From Limibacter armeniacum (GTDB lineage Bacteria; Bacteroidota; Bacteroidia; Cytophagales; Flammeovirgaceae), in NCBI RefSeq assembly GCF_036880985.1, contig NZ_JBAJNO010000008.1:1859500-1923499 (forward strand): DNA of 64,000 nt, in the 5' to 3' direction. Shown here one piece after another: positions 19,120-28,581 of the stretch. The translations under genes and the position numbers were made by a program. The notes under the pieces were generated by a model. The model did not search any database and was not told the origin of the DNA. It saw only the letters and a list, made by a program, of their open reading frames with translations. Each line of letters starts with the position of its first letter. Positions within the stretch are counted from its first letter, which is position 1.

Positions 19120-22100
19120 TCAGCACTTGAACCCAACAATTGTGATGTCATCTCTCTGTGGTATTTCTTTTTGATGATTGGATAGCTCCTGCTCTAATGT
19201 GTCTTTAAAAGATGCAGCGTTATTTTGGTGAAGTTGTGTGATCAGGTTTTCAAACCTTTTTCTTCCAAACTTCAAACTTTCCTTATTCTGTTGATCATAG
19301 AATCCGTCAGTTGACAGAATAAGCCAGTCACCTTTTTTGAGCTTGATTTCTTCCGCCTCAAACCTGTGTTTTTTATTCTGAAGTCCCCCAATCCGTTTTC
19401 TGCTGCCTTTATGGTAATGACATTTTCCTTCTGAAATGATATAAAGACCATTTTTAGCCCCAGAAAAGTGTAGTACTGAACCTTCGGGTGACATCTCTAT
19501 TTTACATATTGCAATATCCATCCCATCTGTGATGCTTGTCTCATGCCTAAACATATAGAGTATTTTACTGTTTAGCTCTTCCAGTATTGCATTAGGTGCA
19601 GTAATACCCCTTTTAACGATGGATTGAATTTCTGAACTGCCAATCATGGAAAGCATAGCACCGGGAACACCGTGACCTGTACAGTCCGCAACGGCTAAAT
19701 ATGCAACAGGCTGATGTGCTTCTTGCGTAGCATACATCCAATAAAAGTCACCCGAAACAATATCCTTTGGCTTGTAAAAGATAAAATGGTCTTCAAAGTA
19801 TTTTTTCATCAGGTCCGGTGTCACCATAATTGCTTTTTGCATGGTTTGGGCATATCGGATACTGTCCCTGATGTTCATATGCTGGTGGTTGATCGTCATT
19901 AGCGCATCGTCAAGCTCATTCTTTACCTTTTCAATTTCTTTCTTTTGTTTTTTGACATTACTGAGAAGCAACCAAAGAATAATGACTGTTAGCACAAGTC
20001 CAACCAAAAAACCGAGGTAGGTTTGAAGTTGCTTGATAAATACTGAGCGTTCTTTTTCTTTTTCCGCAACAACCTGTCGCATTTGGTACTCCCGATCGAT
20101 GATGCTTTTTTCAAGCTCTTCCACGATTCCCATCCAACTGTTGGTCGCATCTTTAGCTTCAGCCTGGCTGGATGCCAATAAACCTTTCAATATGGACAGC
20201 TCTGTTTTGGCTTCTTCAAGTTGTTTTTCGTCCCACAGCGTATTGTTGTTTTTAATTTTTTCCTTGAGTGAAAGAGCATGCTGTTCTAGTAACTCAAAGC
20301 TTGCCTGTCTTTTTTCTGCCAGTTCTTGAATAACCACAATTGACTCTTCATCTTCAGTATCATATTTTTTGATTGTCAGGTTAACCTGATTCCTGTAGGG
20401 ATCAAAATTGGAGAAGATAACTTTACTATTGTGGACTTCAATGGCGTACTCAGGATTAAAGTCCTTATCTACTTTTGCCTTGAAAGCACCATAATTATCA
20501 GTCTTGTAGTACTTTTCCTGTACCTTGACAAATGCATCATGTACAGGCCAACCATCCTCATTTCTGACAATGCCAGTTAGGTACTGATAGGTTTCTTTAG
20601 GAGTTGCAATGATATTGACAAATACCTCACTTTTATCTTTTTGGGTAAATGAAATATTCTCTAACAGGTAGCCGTCAATCAGTATTTTCAGATTGTTGTC
20701 AATACCAACTGCCTCATCAAACCCTATACTGAAGTTTCCATCCTTATCACTTACGGTTTCGTAGAAAACACCTTGCCTGTCTACAATCAAGACTTTGGTT
20801 AATGGAATAGGAGCGTTACCAAGATCTGCAATATGTCCTATAAGGTGTTGCAAGCTTTTGGGTCTAATACTGATTTGAAGCCTTTGGTCAATAATGGACC
20901 ATGTACTGACTGTAAGCTCTTTTTTGAGTAGTTGGATCTTTTGGGGTAATGCCTTTTTTACTTTAAACTTAAAATTGCCTTTCTCATCAGAGGTATAGGT
21001 TTGTCCATCTATCAGGAAACTTAAAGAAGGAATAGGGTAGCCATTGTCATTGAATACTAGTCCTTCAATCTCCGATATATTGTTTTGAAGTGATTTTGGT
21101 TTTGGAATACCCTGATGTTTGCCGAGTAAAGGGTTGTAGGCAGCATCATTCAATATATTGACATTGATGGGAGATTGGGGAGGAGCGGTTCTTCTAGAAG
21201 TGTCAAGGCCAATGGTGAAATCATTTTTCTGTTCTTCAGATGTGTTGCGTAGTGATAACTCAAGGTGTTGGTTCCCCTCTATGTAGATGTTGTCATCTTG
21301 AGCAACTGTCAAGTAATAATTCCCTTCAGCTGGAACGAGTAATTCAAACCTTCCATCATTATTGGTGTAAGATTCATAGAACTCCCCTAGGTGTGTCATT
21401 CGGACTTTGGTGTTGCTTTGTGGTTCCTGCTCCTTATTTACTACGACTCCTGATACTTTAACCTTGTCAAACAAGAAAACACGATAGATATCCAACATTC
21501 CTTTTCCACCCTTTCTAGAAGATGAGAAGTAGGCGATTTTACCATACGTACTGAAATAGATGTCGTCGGCAACAGAATTGATTGGGTACCCCAAATGTTG
21601 TGGCTTACTCCATTTGCCTGTTGATTTGTTGTAAACTGACTTAAAAATATCGTAACCACCAATTGCCCCATGACCTTCTGAACTGAAATAAAGGGTTCCG
21701 TCTTCAGCTATAAATGGTGCATCTTCATTTTTAGAAGTATTCAATTCAGAAAGAGGTGTAACAGGTCCCCATCGTTCGGTATATGGATCTTTCTTTATTT
21801 GAAAAAGGTTCATATCGCTTGTCTCCATTTTACCTTCCCCCATAAATCCTCTTGAGGAAAAAATGATGGTTCTTTCATCTTCAGAAACAAAGCAGTGAGC
21901 CTCTTGCTTTTTGGAGTTGATCTGTTTTAGTGGCGAGGGGGGTGTCCATTGCCCGTTGACTAATTCTGATGTGTAAAGGTCTCCTTCCAAGTAAACAATG
22001 GCTTTTGTATCATTAGCATAGAGTTGAACAGTGGCGGCATTTCCGGTCAGGTTCATTTTGTCTACTTTCGTTGGAGTAAGCCAATTGCCTTTATGGTTCA

Positions 22101-22701
22101 TCTTTGCCTTATAAATACACTCTTCCAAGTTAGATTGATTGTTAGGGAGTTGGCAAGTGAACATGATGGTTTGATGATCCTTTGTTAGGATAATACTGTG
22201 TTCGTTGTTGGGGGAGTTGATCTGCCCTAAATTCCTAACCATGACAGGTACGGGCATACGATAGGCCTCGATGCTTCTCTTAATCTTGCTTTCCAGTTCA
22301 TCGATGTTTTCATTCCCTTGTGGATAGACCTTACTTAAGGTCGTTAACTTCAGTGCCTTGTTGAATTTCTCTAACTGGTAATGAGCTTCTGCCAAGTAAA
22401 AATAGTAATCACGGTTTGCTGATTTTGGTGTGTTGTTCAGTTGGTCTAAAAGTGATAGGGCTTTTTCAGATCTGAATGTCTTCAGGTAACAGATCGCCAA
22501 ATAGAGTTGGATATCCAAATCGTTTGGAGTGTCTTTTAGCAAAAGCTCATAATCGTAGGCGGCTTGTGTGTAGTTTTTTTCTTCAAAACTCTCCCATGCA
22601 TGCTCATGGAGTTTACGGTTATCCTGTGCCTGTGCAATTGATAAGAGAATTAGTTGGGTGAATATGAAAAGAACTATTCTCTTTAAAAGGTAGCTTTGCA
22701 T
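19120..22701 (-). CDS. Transmembrane signalling protein: signal peptide, TPR repeats, TolB/PD40-like beta-propeller and carboxypeptidase-regulatory-like domains (periplasmic), one TM helix, and a cytoplasmic PP2C/SpoIIE-type Ser/Thr phosphatase. The ORF track starts it at 22872; the signal-peptide ATG at 22701 is the more likely start.
   Basis: MQSYLLKRIVLFIFTQLILLSIAQAQ signal peptide. TPR region. PD40-like repeats (YFSSEGHGAIGGYDIF, YFSSSRKGGKGMLDIY). TM helix (LGFLVGLVLTVIILWLLL). PP2C motifs (VSGDFYWM, AVADCTGHGVPGAMLS, DGMDIAICKIE, LSTDGFYDQ, DDITIVGFK). Confidence 0.8.
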   Translation of the reverse strand: MQSYLLKRIVLFIFTQLILLSIAQAQDNRKLHEHAWESFEEKNYTQAAYDYELLLKDTPNDLDIQLYLAICYLKTFRSEKALSLLDQLNNTPKSANRDYYFYLAEAHYQLEKFNKALKLTTLSKVYPQGNENIDELESKIKRSIEAYRMPVPVMVRNLGQINSPNNEHSIILTKDHQTIMFTCQLPNNQSNLEECIYKAKMNHKGNWLTPTKVDKMNLTGNAATVQLYANDTKAIVYLEGDLYTSELVNGQWTPPSPLKQINSKKQEAHCFVSEDERTIIFSSRGFMGEGKMETSDMNLFQIKKDPYTERWGPVTPLSELNTSKNEDAPFIAEDGTLYFSSEGHGAIGGYDIFKSVYNKSTGKWSKPQHLGYPINSVADDIYFSTYGKIAYFSSSRKGGKGMLDIYRVFLFDKVKVSGVVVNKEQEPQSNTKVRMTHLGEFYESYTNNDGRFELLVPAEGNYYLTVAQDDNIYIEGNQHLELSLRNTSEEQKNDFTIGLDTSRRTAPPQSPINVNILNDAAYNPLLGKHQGIPKPKSLQNNISEIEGLVFNDNGYPIPSLSFLIDGQTYTSDEKGNFKFKVKKALPQKIQLLKKELTVSTWSIIDQRLQISIRPKSLQHLIGHIADLGNAPIPLTKVLIVDRQGVFYETVSDKDGNFSIGFDEAVGIDNNLKILIDGYLLENISFTQKDKSEVFVNIIATPKETYQYLTGIVRNEDGWPVHDAFVKVQEKYYKTDNYGAFKAKVDKDFNPEYAIEVHNSKVIFSNFDPYRNQVNLTIKKYDTEDEESIVVIQELAEKRQASFELLEQHALSLKEKIKNNNTLWDEKQLEEAKTELSILKGLLASSQAEAKDATNSWMGIVEELEKSIIDREYQMRQVVAEKEKERSVFIKQLQTYLGFLVGLVLTVIILWLLLSNVKKQKKEIEKVKNELDDALMTINHQHMNIRDSIRYAQTMQKAIMVTPDLMKKYFEDHFIFYKPKDIVSGDFYWMYATQEAHQPVAYLAVADCTGHGVPGAMLSMIGSSEIQSIVKRGITAPNAILEELNSKILYMFRHETSITDGMDIAICKIEMSPEGSVLHFSGAKNGLYIISEGKCHYHKGSRKRIGGLQNKKHRFEAEEIKLKKGDWLILSTDGFYDQQNKESLKFGRKRFENLITQLHQNNAASFKDTLEQELSNHQKEIPQRDDITIVGFKC

Positions 22702-22905
22702 GGTGAAATGAGTCATCAAGGTAGAAGTAGTCATTACATCTGTCGACTTTATTATGATTGATTTTAGCTCGTATTGAAGGGGAGTGATGGTTCTTTTGAA
22801 ATTATTAATAAATGGGATAGGATTTAGACAGTTGTAATAAATGAGCCGGAAAAGTAGAAGAGAGAAGGTCAAGTAAAGTGTTAGGTATTGATTGAGTACA
22901 AAAAA

Positions 22906-22942
22906 AACTCACCAAAGAGATATCCTTTGGTGAGTTTTACAT
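22906..22942 (-). terminator. Terminator of the AzgA-like permease gene (minus strand)
   Basis: ACTCACCAAAG-agatatc-CTTTGGTGAGT; on the minus strand it is followed by TTTTTTTG. Confidence 0.7.
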
Positions 22943-23008
22943 TTGTCATCATGTGGATGACGTTATGATTATATTTTCTGACGGTGCAATAAAAGATTGC
23001 TAAATCAA

Positions 23009-24322
23009 TCAGGCACCACCTCCAGTAGCTGTAACATAAAGGTTTACGGCAGAAACCGCACCGATTATCCACATCATTGGGCTTACCTGTCGAATATTAC
23101 CTGTGGCTAACGAAAGGATCACATAAGATAAAAATCCGAAAGTCAGACCAGTACTGATACTGTATGTAAGTGGCATCAGAACGATAGTAAGAAATGCGGG
23201 AACACCTTCAACGAAGTTGTTGAATTCGATCATCTTGATGTTTTTGATCATATATACACCAACAATCACCAAGGCAGGTGCTGTAGCAAATGCAGGTACG
23301 ACACCAACCAGTGGAGAGAATAGCAGTGCTATGGCAAAAAGGGAGGCAGTTACCACAGATGCGAAACCTGTACGTGCTCCTTCTGCAATACCAGATGCTG
23401 ATTCAATATAAGTAGTAGTTGTACTTGTTCCCAGCAGTGATCCAATCAGGGTCGCGATAGAATCTGCTTCCAAGATTTTACCCACTTTCGGAATATTGCC
23501 TTGTCTGTCTGTCATCTTAGCCTCATGTGCACACGCCATAATAGTACCCAATGAGTCAAACAGGTCAACAAACATAAAGGAGAAAATAGGTGCCACAAAA
23601 GCAATATTCAAGGCACTCATAATGTCCAGTTTGAAGGCAATTGGCTCCATAGATGGAGGTGCTGAAATAAATGCTTCAGGCATTTGTACTTCACCCATTG
23701 CAATACCTGCTACCGTCATGGCAATGATACCAATTAGGATAGAGCCTGTAACGCGTTTGTATTCAAGAACAGCGATTAACGCTAATCCAGCCAATGCAAT
23801 AACCATTGGAGTGGTGATATGGCCCATACCTACCAAAGTGGCAGGGTTGTCCACGATCAGTCCCATGTTTTTGAACCCAATAAAGCTGATGAAAAGACCA
23901 ATACCCGCAGAGGTGGCAATTCTTAGTGAGACGGGAATTGCTTTTACGATTTTCTCACGGATTCCAATCAATGTCAACACGACAAATACAGCACCTGATA
24001 GGAATACGATACCCAAAGCAGTTTCCCACTTAATGTTCATTCCAATTACAAGTGTATAAGTAAAAAAGGCGTTCAGTCCCATACCGGGTGCCATGGCAAA
24101 AGGTACTCTAGGCCAAAGGGCAGCGATCATTGTTCCGACAAAAGATGCAACACAGGTTACTGTAAACAGGGCACCTTTGTCCATGCCTGCATCACCAAGA
24201 ATGGAAGGGTTTACAAAGATGATATAGGCCATCGTCAGGAAGGTTGTTAATCCTCCCATTACTTCCTTCTTAACAGTAATGTCTCTGCCGTTTATACCAA
24301 AAAACTTACTTAGTTTCTGCAT
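23009..24322 (-). CDS. NCS2-family purine permease, AzgA-like (adenine/guanine/hypoxanthine)
   Basis: Thirteen-TM NCS2 architecture with an AzgA-type N-terminus (FGINGRDITVKKEVMGGLTTFLTMAYIIFVNPSIL). Confidence 0.8.
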   Translation of the reverse strand: MQKLSKFFGINGRDITVKKEVMGGLTTFLTMAYIIFVNPSILGDAGMDKGALFTVTCVASFVGTMIAALWPRVPFAMAPGMGLNAFFTYTLVIGMNIKWETALGIVFLSGAVFVVLTLIGIREKIVKAIPVSLRIATSAGIGLFISFIGFKNMGLIVDNPATLVGMGHITTPMVIALAGLALIAVLEYKRVTGSILIGIIAMTVAGIAMGEVQMPEAFISAPPSMEPIAFKLDIMSALNIAFVAPIFSFMFVDLFDSLGTIMACAHEAKMTDRQGNIPKVGKILEADSIATLIGSLLGTSTTTTYIESASGIAEGARTGFASVVTASLFAIALLFSPLVGVVPAFATAPALVIVGVYMIKNIKMIEFNNFVEGVPAFLTIVLMPLTYSISTGLTFGFLSYVILSLATGNIRQVSPMMWIIGAVSAVNLYVTATGGGA

Positions 24323-24430
24323 TGAATATAAAGCTATCTGTATTTATGAAATGTTTGTCTTAAAATGAGAAAAAGTATCACTATTGGAAAACCAACTAGC
24401 AATACTTTTCATCTCAATGGTTATGATTTG

Positions 24431-25222
24431 TTACCAAGTCCAACGTACAGCAACCTGTGGTACACTTGTTTCTGTAATCTTGTTGAAGTGGTTGTACCAG
24501 TCAATTCCCAGTTCGAGTTTGTTTGCGTTGTCTTCTTTGAAGACAAAGTGACGCCCAATATCAACTAGCAGACGAGCTTGTGAAAGTACATCTGTACCAT
24601 AGTCCACTCCGAAATCACTTGTTTCCTGCGGAATCACATCAATGAATCCTTCAAATCTGATTCCTGCTCTTTTCCAGATTGGAATATCCCAAGCACCTGT
24701 AATCTGTGTAGTAGCCTCATAGAAGTTGTCGTTTCTATAATAGCCAATCAGTTTAAGGAATGTCCCCTGTGGCGCTTTGAATGTAAAACCAATACCGGCA
24801 AGACCTGCTCTGAAGTCATTACCGATGTTAAGGCTACCTTCCAATGACACATCAGCAACAGGACCAAAGCTTACTTCTTGTCCTAAAACTTTTGAAAGGC
24901 TTAGGTATGGAGACCATTCAGAGTATAGCCTATTTTTGTTTGAAGTTTCAACCAAGTTGCCTTCAGAATCAAAGCCCATAAATCCATTTGGCGCCATGTA
25001 GTAATTGATGAAGAAGAAGTTACCACCGTATTTCCACGAGCTGGCATGTTGTAACGTAACAGTCGTCATCTTTCCATCAACAGGATTGTTCAGGATCTTG
25101 TCATCATCATACTGAGTACCGTAGTAAGCTTGTACAAAAGTGGAATTCCAGTTCTGTGCAATTGATTTACTGCCGACAACCAACAGTACCATTAGAAAGA
25201 GAGTAGTTAAAACTTTTTTCAT
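24431..25222 (-). CDS. Outer-membrane beta-barrel protein, Tsx-like nucleoside channel family (DUF5020-like)
   Basis: Signal peptide, alternating aromatic/hydrophobic beta-strand pattern, terminal aromatic residue (W), and position between two nucleobase permeases. Confidence 0.5.
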   Translation of the reverse strand: MKKVLTTLFLMVLLVVGSKSIAQNWNSTFVQAYYGTQYDDDKILNNPVDGKMTTVTLQHASSWKYGGNFFFINYYMAPNGFMGFDSEGNLVETSNKNRLYSEWSPYLSLSKVLGQEVSFGPVADVSLEGSLNIGNDFRAGLAGIGFTFKAPQGTFLKLIGYYRNDNFYEATTQITGAWDIPIWKRAGIRFEGFIDVIPQETSDFGVDYGTDVLSQARLLVDIGRHFVFKEDNANKLELGIDWYNHFNKITETSVPQVAVRWTW

Positions 25223-25259
25223 AAGTTTTTAAAAGTGTGTTTGTGATCGCTTGTTAGAT

Positions 25260-26510
25260 TTATTGTGCAATGCCTTCTTCTTCGAGGGCATCAATTCTTT
25301 CCAGTTCTTCTTTTTCTGGTAGTGGTTCTGAGTCTTTCGGTAAAATCAGGTTGAGTAGGATACCTACCAATGAAGCCAACCCGATTCCTGACAGTGAGAA
25401 GTTGCCAAGACTGATGGCTGCTCCACCAATGCCAATAGTTAGGATTACAGAAATAATAACCTGATTACGAGTCTTGTTGAAGTCCGTGTGAGACTCTACC
25501 AATGTTTTGATACCTACACTGGTAATCATACCAAATAACAGGATCATAATTCCTCCCAAAACAGATGGGGGGATAGTTTTCAGTAAGCCACTTACTTTAC
25601 CAATCAATGAGAATAGAATGGCAACAATGGCTGAAATCCTAAGGATGCGAGGATTCGTGATTTTGGTAAGGGAGATGGCTCCCGTAACTTCTGAGTATGT
25701 CGTGTTAGGTGGTCCACCCAGTAGTCCAGCGAATGCTGTAGCAATTCCATCACCTAACATGGTACGATGAAGTCCTGGGTTTTTAACAAAGTCTTTTTTG
25801 GCCACGGCACTGATGGCATACATATCTCCGATATGCTCAATCAAGGGAGCAAATGCCACTGGGATCATATAAAGTATAGCATGGTAATTAAACTCAGGGG
25901 TTGCAAGAGCGGGAAAAGAAAACCACTGAGCATCCTTGAGGGGAGATAAGTCTACAATACCTAATGCGAATGCCGTTAGGTAACCAACAATAATACCGGT
26001 GAAAATAGGAATCAGTTTGAGCATCCCTTTGCCATAGATGACAGCTATAATCGCTGTAGCAAGTGATGCAATGGCAACTATCCAGTTGGATTTGGCCATG
26101 TCAATGGCAACGGGAGCCAGCGATAGGCCGATGACCATAATAACAGGTCCAACTACAACGGAAGGGAAGAATTTTTCTATGACCTTTTGTCCATAGCCCT
26201 TTACAATAGCTGAAGAAATGGTATAGACCAACCCGACAGCGATTAGCCCTGAAAGCGTTCCTCCATATCCATAAAGCTTGGTACACTCTACTATGGGCGT
26301 GATAAATGCAAAACTGCTACCGATGAAAACAGGTACTTTGCCTTTTGTGATCAGGTGAAATATTAATGTACCTACGCCAGCTGTGAACAGGGCTACAGCC
26401 GGATCAATACCTATCAGTAGAGGAACGAGTACCGTTGCGCCAAACGCTACAAACAAAAACTGGGTACCTAGAACGGTATCCTTTAAAAGATTGTTTTTAG
26501 TATTGGTCAA
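25260..26510 (-). CDS. NCS2-family uracil/xanthine permease
   Basis: NCS2 fold with uracil-xanthine permease motifs (LGTQFLFVAFGATVLVPLLIG, GLLGGPPNTTYSE). Confidence 0.8.
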   Translation of the reverse strand: MTNTKNNLLKDTVLGTQFLFVAFGATVLVPLLIGIDPAVALFTAGVGTLIFHLITKGKVPVFIGSSFAFITPIVECTKLYGYGGTLSGLIAVGLVYTISSAIVKGYGQKVIEKFFPSVVVGPVIMVIGLSLAPVAIDMAKSNWIVAIASLATAIIAVIYGKGMLKLIPIFTGIIVGYLTAFALGIVDLSPLKDAQWFSFPALATPEFNYHAILYMIPVAFAPLIEHIGDMYAISAVAKKDFVKNPGLHRTMLGDGIATAFAGLLGGPPNTTYSEVTGAISLTKITNPRILRISAIVAILFSLIGKVSGLLKTIPPSVLGGIMILLFGMITSVGIKTLVESHTDFNKTRNQVIISVILTIGIGGAAISLGNFSLSGIGLASLVGILLNLILPKDSEPLPEKEELERIDALEEEGIAQ

Positions 26511-26892
26511 TGTAATATGGATTTGTGTGGATGATGTTTCGGCTGCAAAAGTAGAAGGTCAATGTATTATTAAGAAATCTAGAACAAATGTGGTAACAAT
26601 TATTAAATTATATTAATAAATTAAGTGTTTGTTGTACTTTTTAAATATTGTGTATCAAGAATTAGTATTTAAAGCAATTTACATTTAGTTTTACCTTGTA
26701 ATAATGCAATTCATAATTGAATCGCTTATCACAGAAATTCGTTGTTATACCTTAAAATTGATACTAAGATGCTGAAGACAAATTTATATATCCGACTGAA
26801 TGGCTACGCTCTTTTTGAGCAGTGCCTGCCTGCTGTGCAGCGGTGGTGATATTGTTTGTCTGAACGCGTATAGAAATATACCTTTCAATGCA

Positions 26893-26935
26893 AAAAGCCC
26901 TCATCTGCTACAGGCAGGTGAGGGCTTTTTGTATT
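26893..26935 (+). promoter_or_regulatory. Strong stem-loop plus T-run in the rtcB leader, with no upstream plus-strand gene to terminate. Possible attenuator, or the 3' end of a small RNA.
   Basis: AAAAGCCCTCA-tctgctacaggcagg-TGAGGGCTTTT followed by TGTATTT. It lies inside the spurious N-terminal extension of the rtcB ORF. Confidence 0.4.
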
Positions 26936-27004
26936 TGCATGTTTGCGAAAGGCAATACAAGCAAAACCCATAAAAGAATTGAATTAGAACAACAAGCTAT
27001 ATAT

Positions 27005-28414
27005 ATGGCAACGAATAAACTAAGAGGAAAGGAGCTTGAGAAGCTTGGTTTCCCAAAAGGAAGAGTAAGTACAATCATACTTGAAATATTTCAATCTAAA
27101 AGATTTAAAAAACACGATAAAGAAGAGAAACTTTCCATGCTTCAAGCCCTGATAGATAATCGGGAAGATTTTAGATACGATCCTGACTTTAGAAGGGTAG
27201 TGGAGGCAATGGAAGGCAAAACAGACAAAGGAGTTGAGTACGAACTGGAGGATAGGGAATTGCCTTGTCACATATTCGGAAAGGAAAACATTCAGGATGG
27301 CGCACTTCGCCAAATGAATGCTGCCATGAAATTGCCTATCACCGCTGAAGGTGCCCTGATGCCCGATGCCCATCAGGGTTATGGATTGCCTATCGGTGGT
27401 GTATTGGCTACTGAAAATGCAGTAATTCCTTATGGCGTCGGAGTGGATATTGGATGCAGAATGTGCTTATCAGTATATCCGATGGACGCTTCAATTCTGG
27501 AAGGGCAAAGAGGCAAGCTGCGAAATATACTGCTAGAAAATACCCGTTTTGGTAAGTCTGAATTTGAGTTGCCACTTGACCATGAGGTTCTTGAGCGGAA
27601 AGAGTTTCAAGAAATAGGAATCGTTCGCTCACTGAAAGACAAGGCATATTGTCAAATTGGGTCTTCTGGCGGAGGAAATCACTTTGTGGAATTTGGCATT
27701 ACCGAGATCTTGGATCCCGAAAATGAATTTGGAGTACCAGTCGGTAAGTACTTGGCAGTTCTGTCCCATTCAGGCTCAAGAGGACTAGGTGCTTATATCG
27801 CACAGCATTATACCCGAATCGCAATGGATGCTTGCCATTTACCTGGTGAAGCAAAGCATTTGGCATGGCTTGACCTAAATACTGAAGCGGGTCAAGAATA
27901 CTGGTTGGCGATGAACCTGGCAGGGGATTATGCTTCAGCGTGTCACCATCAGATACATTACAGGATCGGGAAGAAGTTGGGTGAGAAGCCGCTTTTCAAA
28001 GTTGAAAACCATCACAACTTCGCTTGGAAAGAGCAACTGGCAGACGGCAGAGAAGTCATTGTACACCGTAAAGGAGCAACACCCGCCAAGAAAGGAGAAT
28101 TGGGCGTAATACCTGGATCTATGACGCAGGCAGGGTTTATTGTTAGGGGAAGAGGTAATGCAGCATCCTTGAATTCTGCATCTCATGGAGCAGGTAGGTT
28201 ACTTTCAAGAACCATGGCTAAAAATACCATCTCACAGTCTGAAGTTAACAAGTTGTTGGATGAGCATGGAATCACTTTGATTGGAAGTGGACTGGATGAA
28301 GCTCCTCAAGCCTATAAGGATATCCGAACGGTAATGAGGGCACAGACAGATCTTGTGGATGTGATAGGGACTTTCAAACCTAAAATCGTCCGAATGAGTG
28401 ACGATGATAGATAA
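27005..28414 (+). CDS. rtcB: RNA-splicing ligase RtcB (the ORF track begins at 26888; the ATG at 27005, MATNKLRG..., is the likely start)
   Basis: RtcB metal and GMP-binding motifs (DAHQGYGLPIGGV, GVDIGCRM, GGGNHFVEFG, HSGSRGLG, HHNFAW, SHGAGR). Confidence 0.9.
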   Translation: MATNKLRGKELEKLGFPKGRVSTIILEIFQSKRFKKHDKEEKLSMLQALIDNREDFRYDPDFRRVVEAMEGKTDKGVEYELEDRELPCHIFGKENIQDGALRQMNAAMKLPITAEGALMPDAHQGYGLPIGGVLATENAVIPYGVGVDIGCRMCLSVYPMDASILEGQRGKLRNILLENTRFGKSEFELPLDHEVLERKEFQEIGIVRSLKDKAYCQIGSSGGGNHFVEFGITEILDPENEFGVPVGKYLAVLSHSGSRGLGAYIAQHYTRIAMDACHLPGEAKHLAWLDLNTEAGQEYWLAMNLAGDYASACHHQIHYRIGKKLGEKPLFKVENHHNFAWKEQLADGREVIVHRKGATPAKKGELGVIPGSMTQAGFIVRGRGNAASLNSASHGAGRLLSRTMAKNTISQSEVNKLLDEHGITLIGSGLDEAPQAYKDIRTVMRAQTDLVDVIGTFKPKIVRMSDDDR

Positions 28415-28429
28415 GTAAAGTATCAAAAT

Positions 28430-28470
28430 CAGCAGGTAGGAGATATATCCTACCTGCTGTAATATCGAAT
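28430..28470 (+). terminator. Terminator after rtcB
   Basis: CAGCAGGTAGG-agatatat-CCTACCTGCTG followed by an A/T-rich tract. Confidence 0.5.
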
Positions 28471-28581
28471 TTGTTCAATTTGAATGATTTGTATAGGAGA
28501 ATATGGTGAAATCTTATTCAATAATTTTAAATTGCGCGCCGAATAACTTTTTGTTTAGCATTCAAACTCCATTTTCAATTC

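Noticed and set aside
22702-22872. 57-aa N-terminal extension of the TPR/PP2C gene
   Set aside because: The extension lacks a signal peptide, whereas the internal Met at 22701 starts a textbook signal peptide followed by the TPR region.
26511-26890. Possible purine riboswitch in the leader of the nucleobase-transporter cluster
   Set aside because: Reading the minus strand I found no GUUUCUACC / CCGUAAAU-type purine-riboswitch core. It is left as an untested possibility only.
26888-27004. N-terminal 39-aa extension of the rtcB ORF (MQKALICYRQVRAFCICMF...)
   Set aside because: It spans a strong terminator-like hairpin and has no homology to RtcB N-termini. The ATG at 27005 gives a canonical RtcB start.
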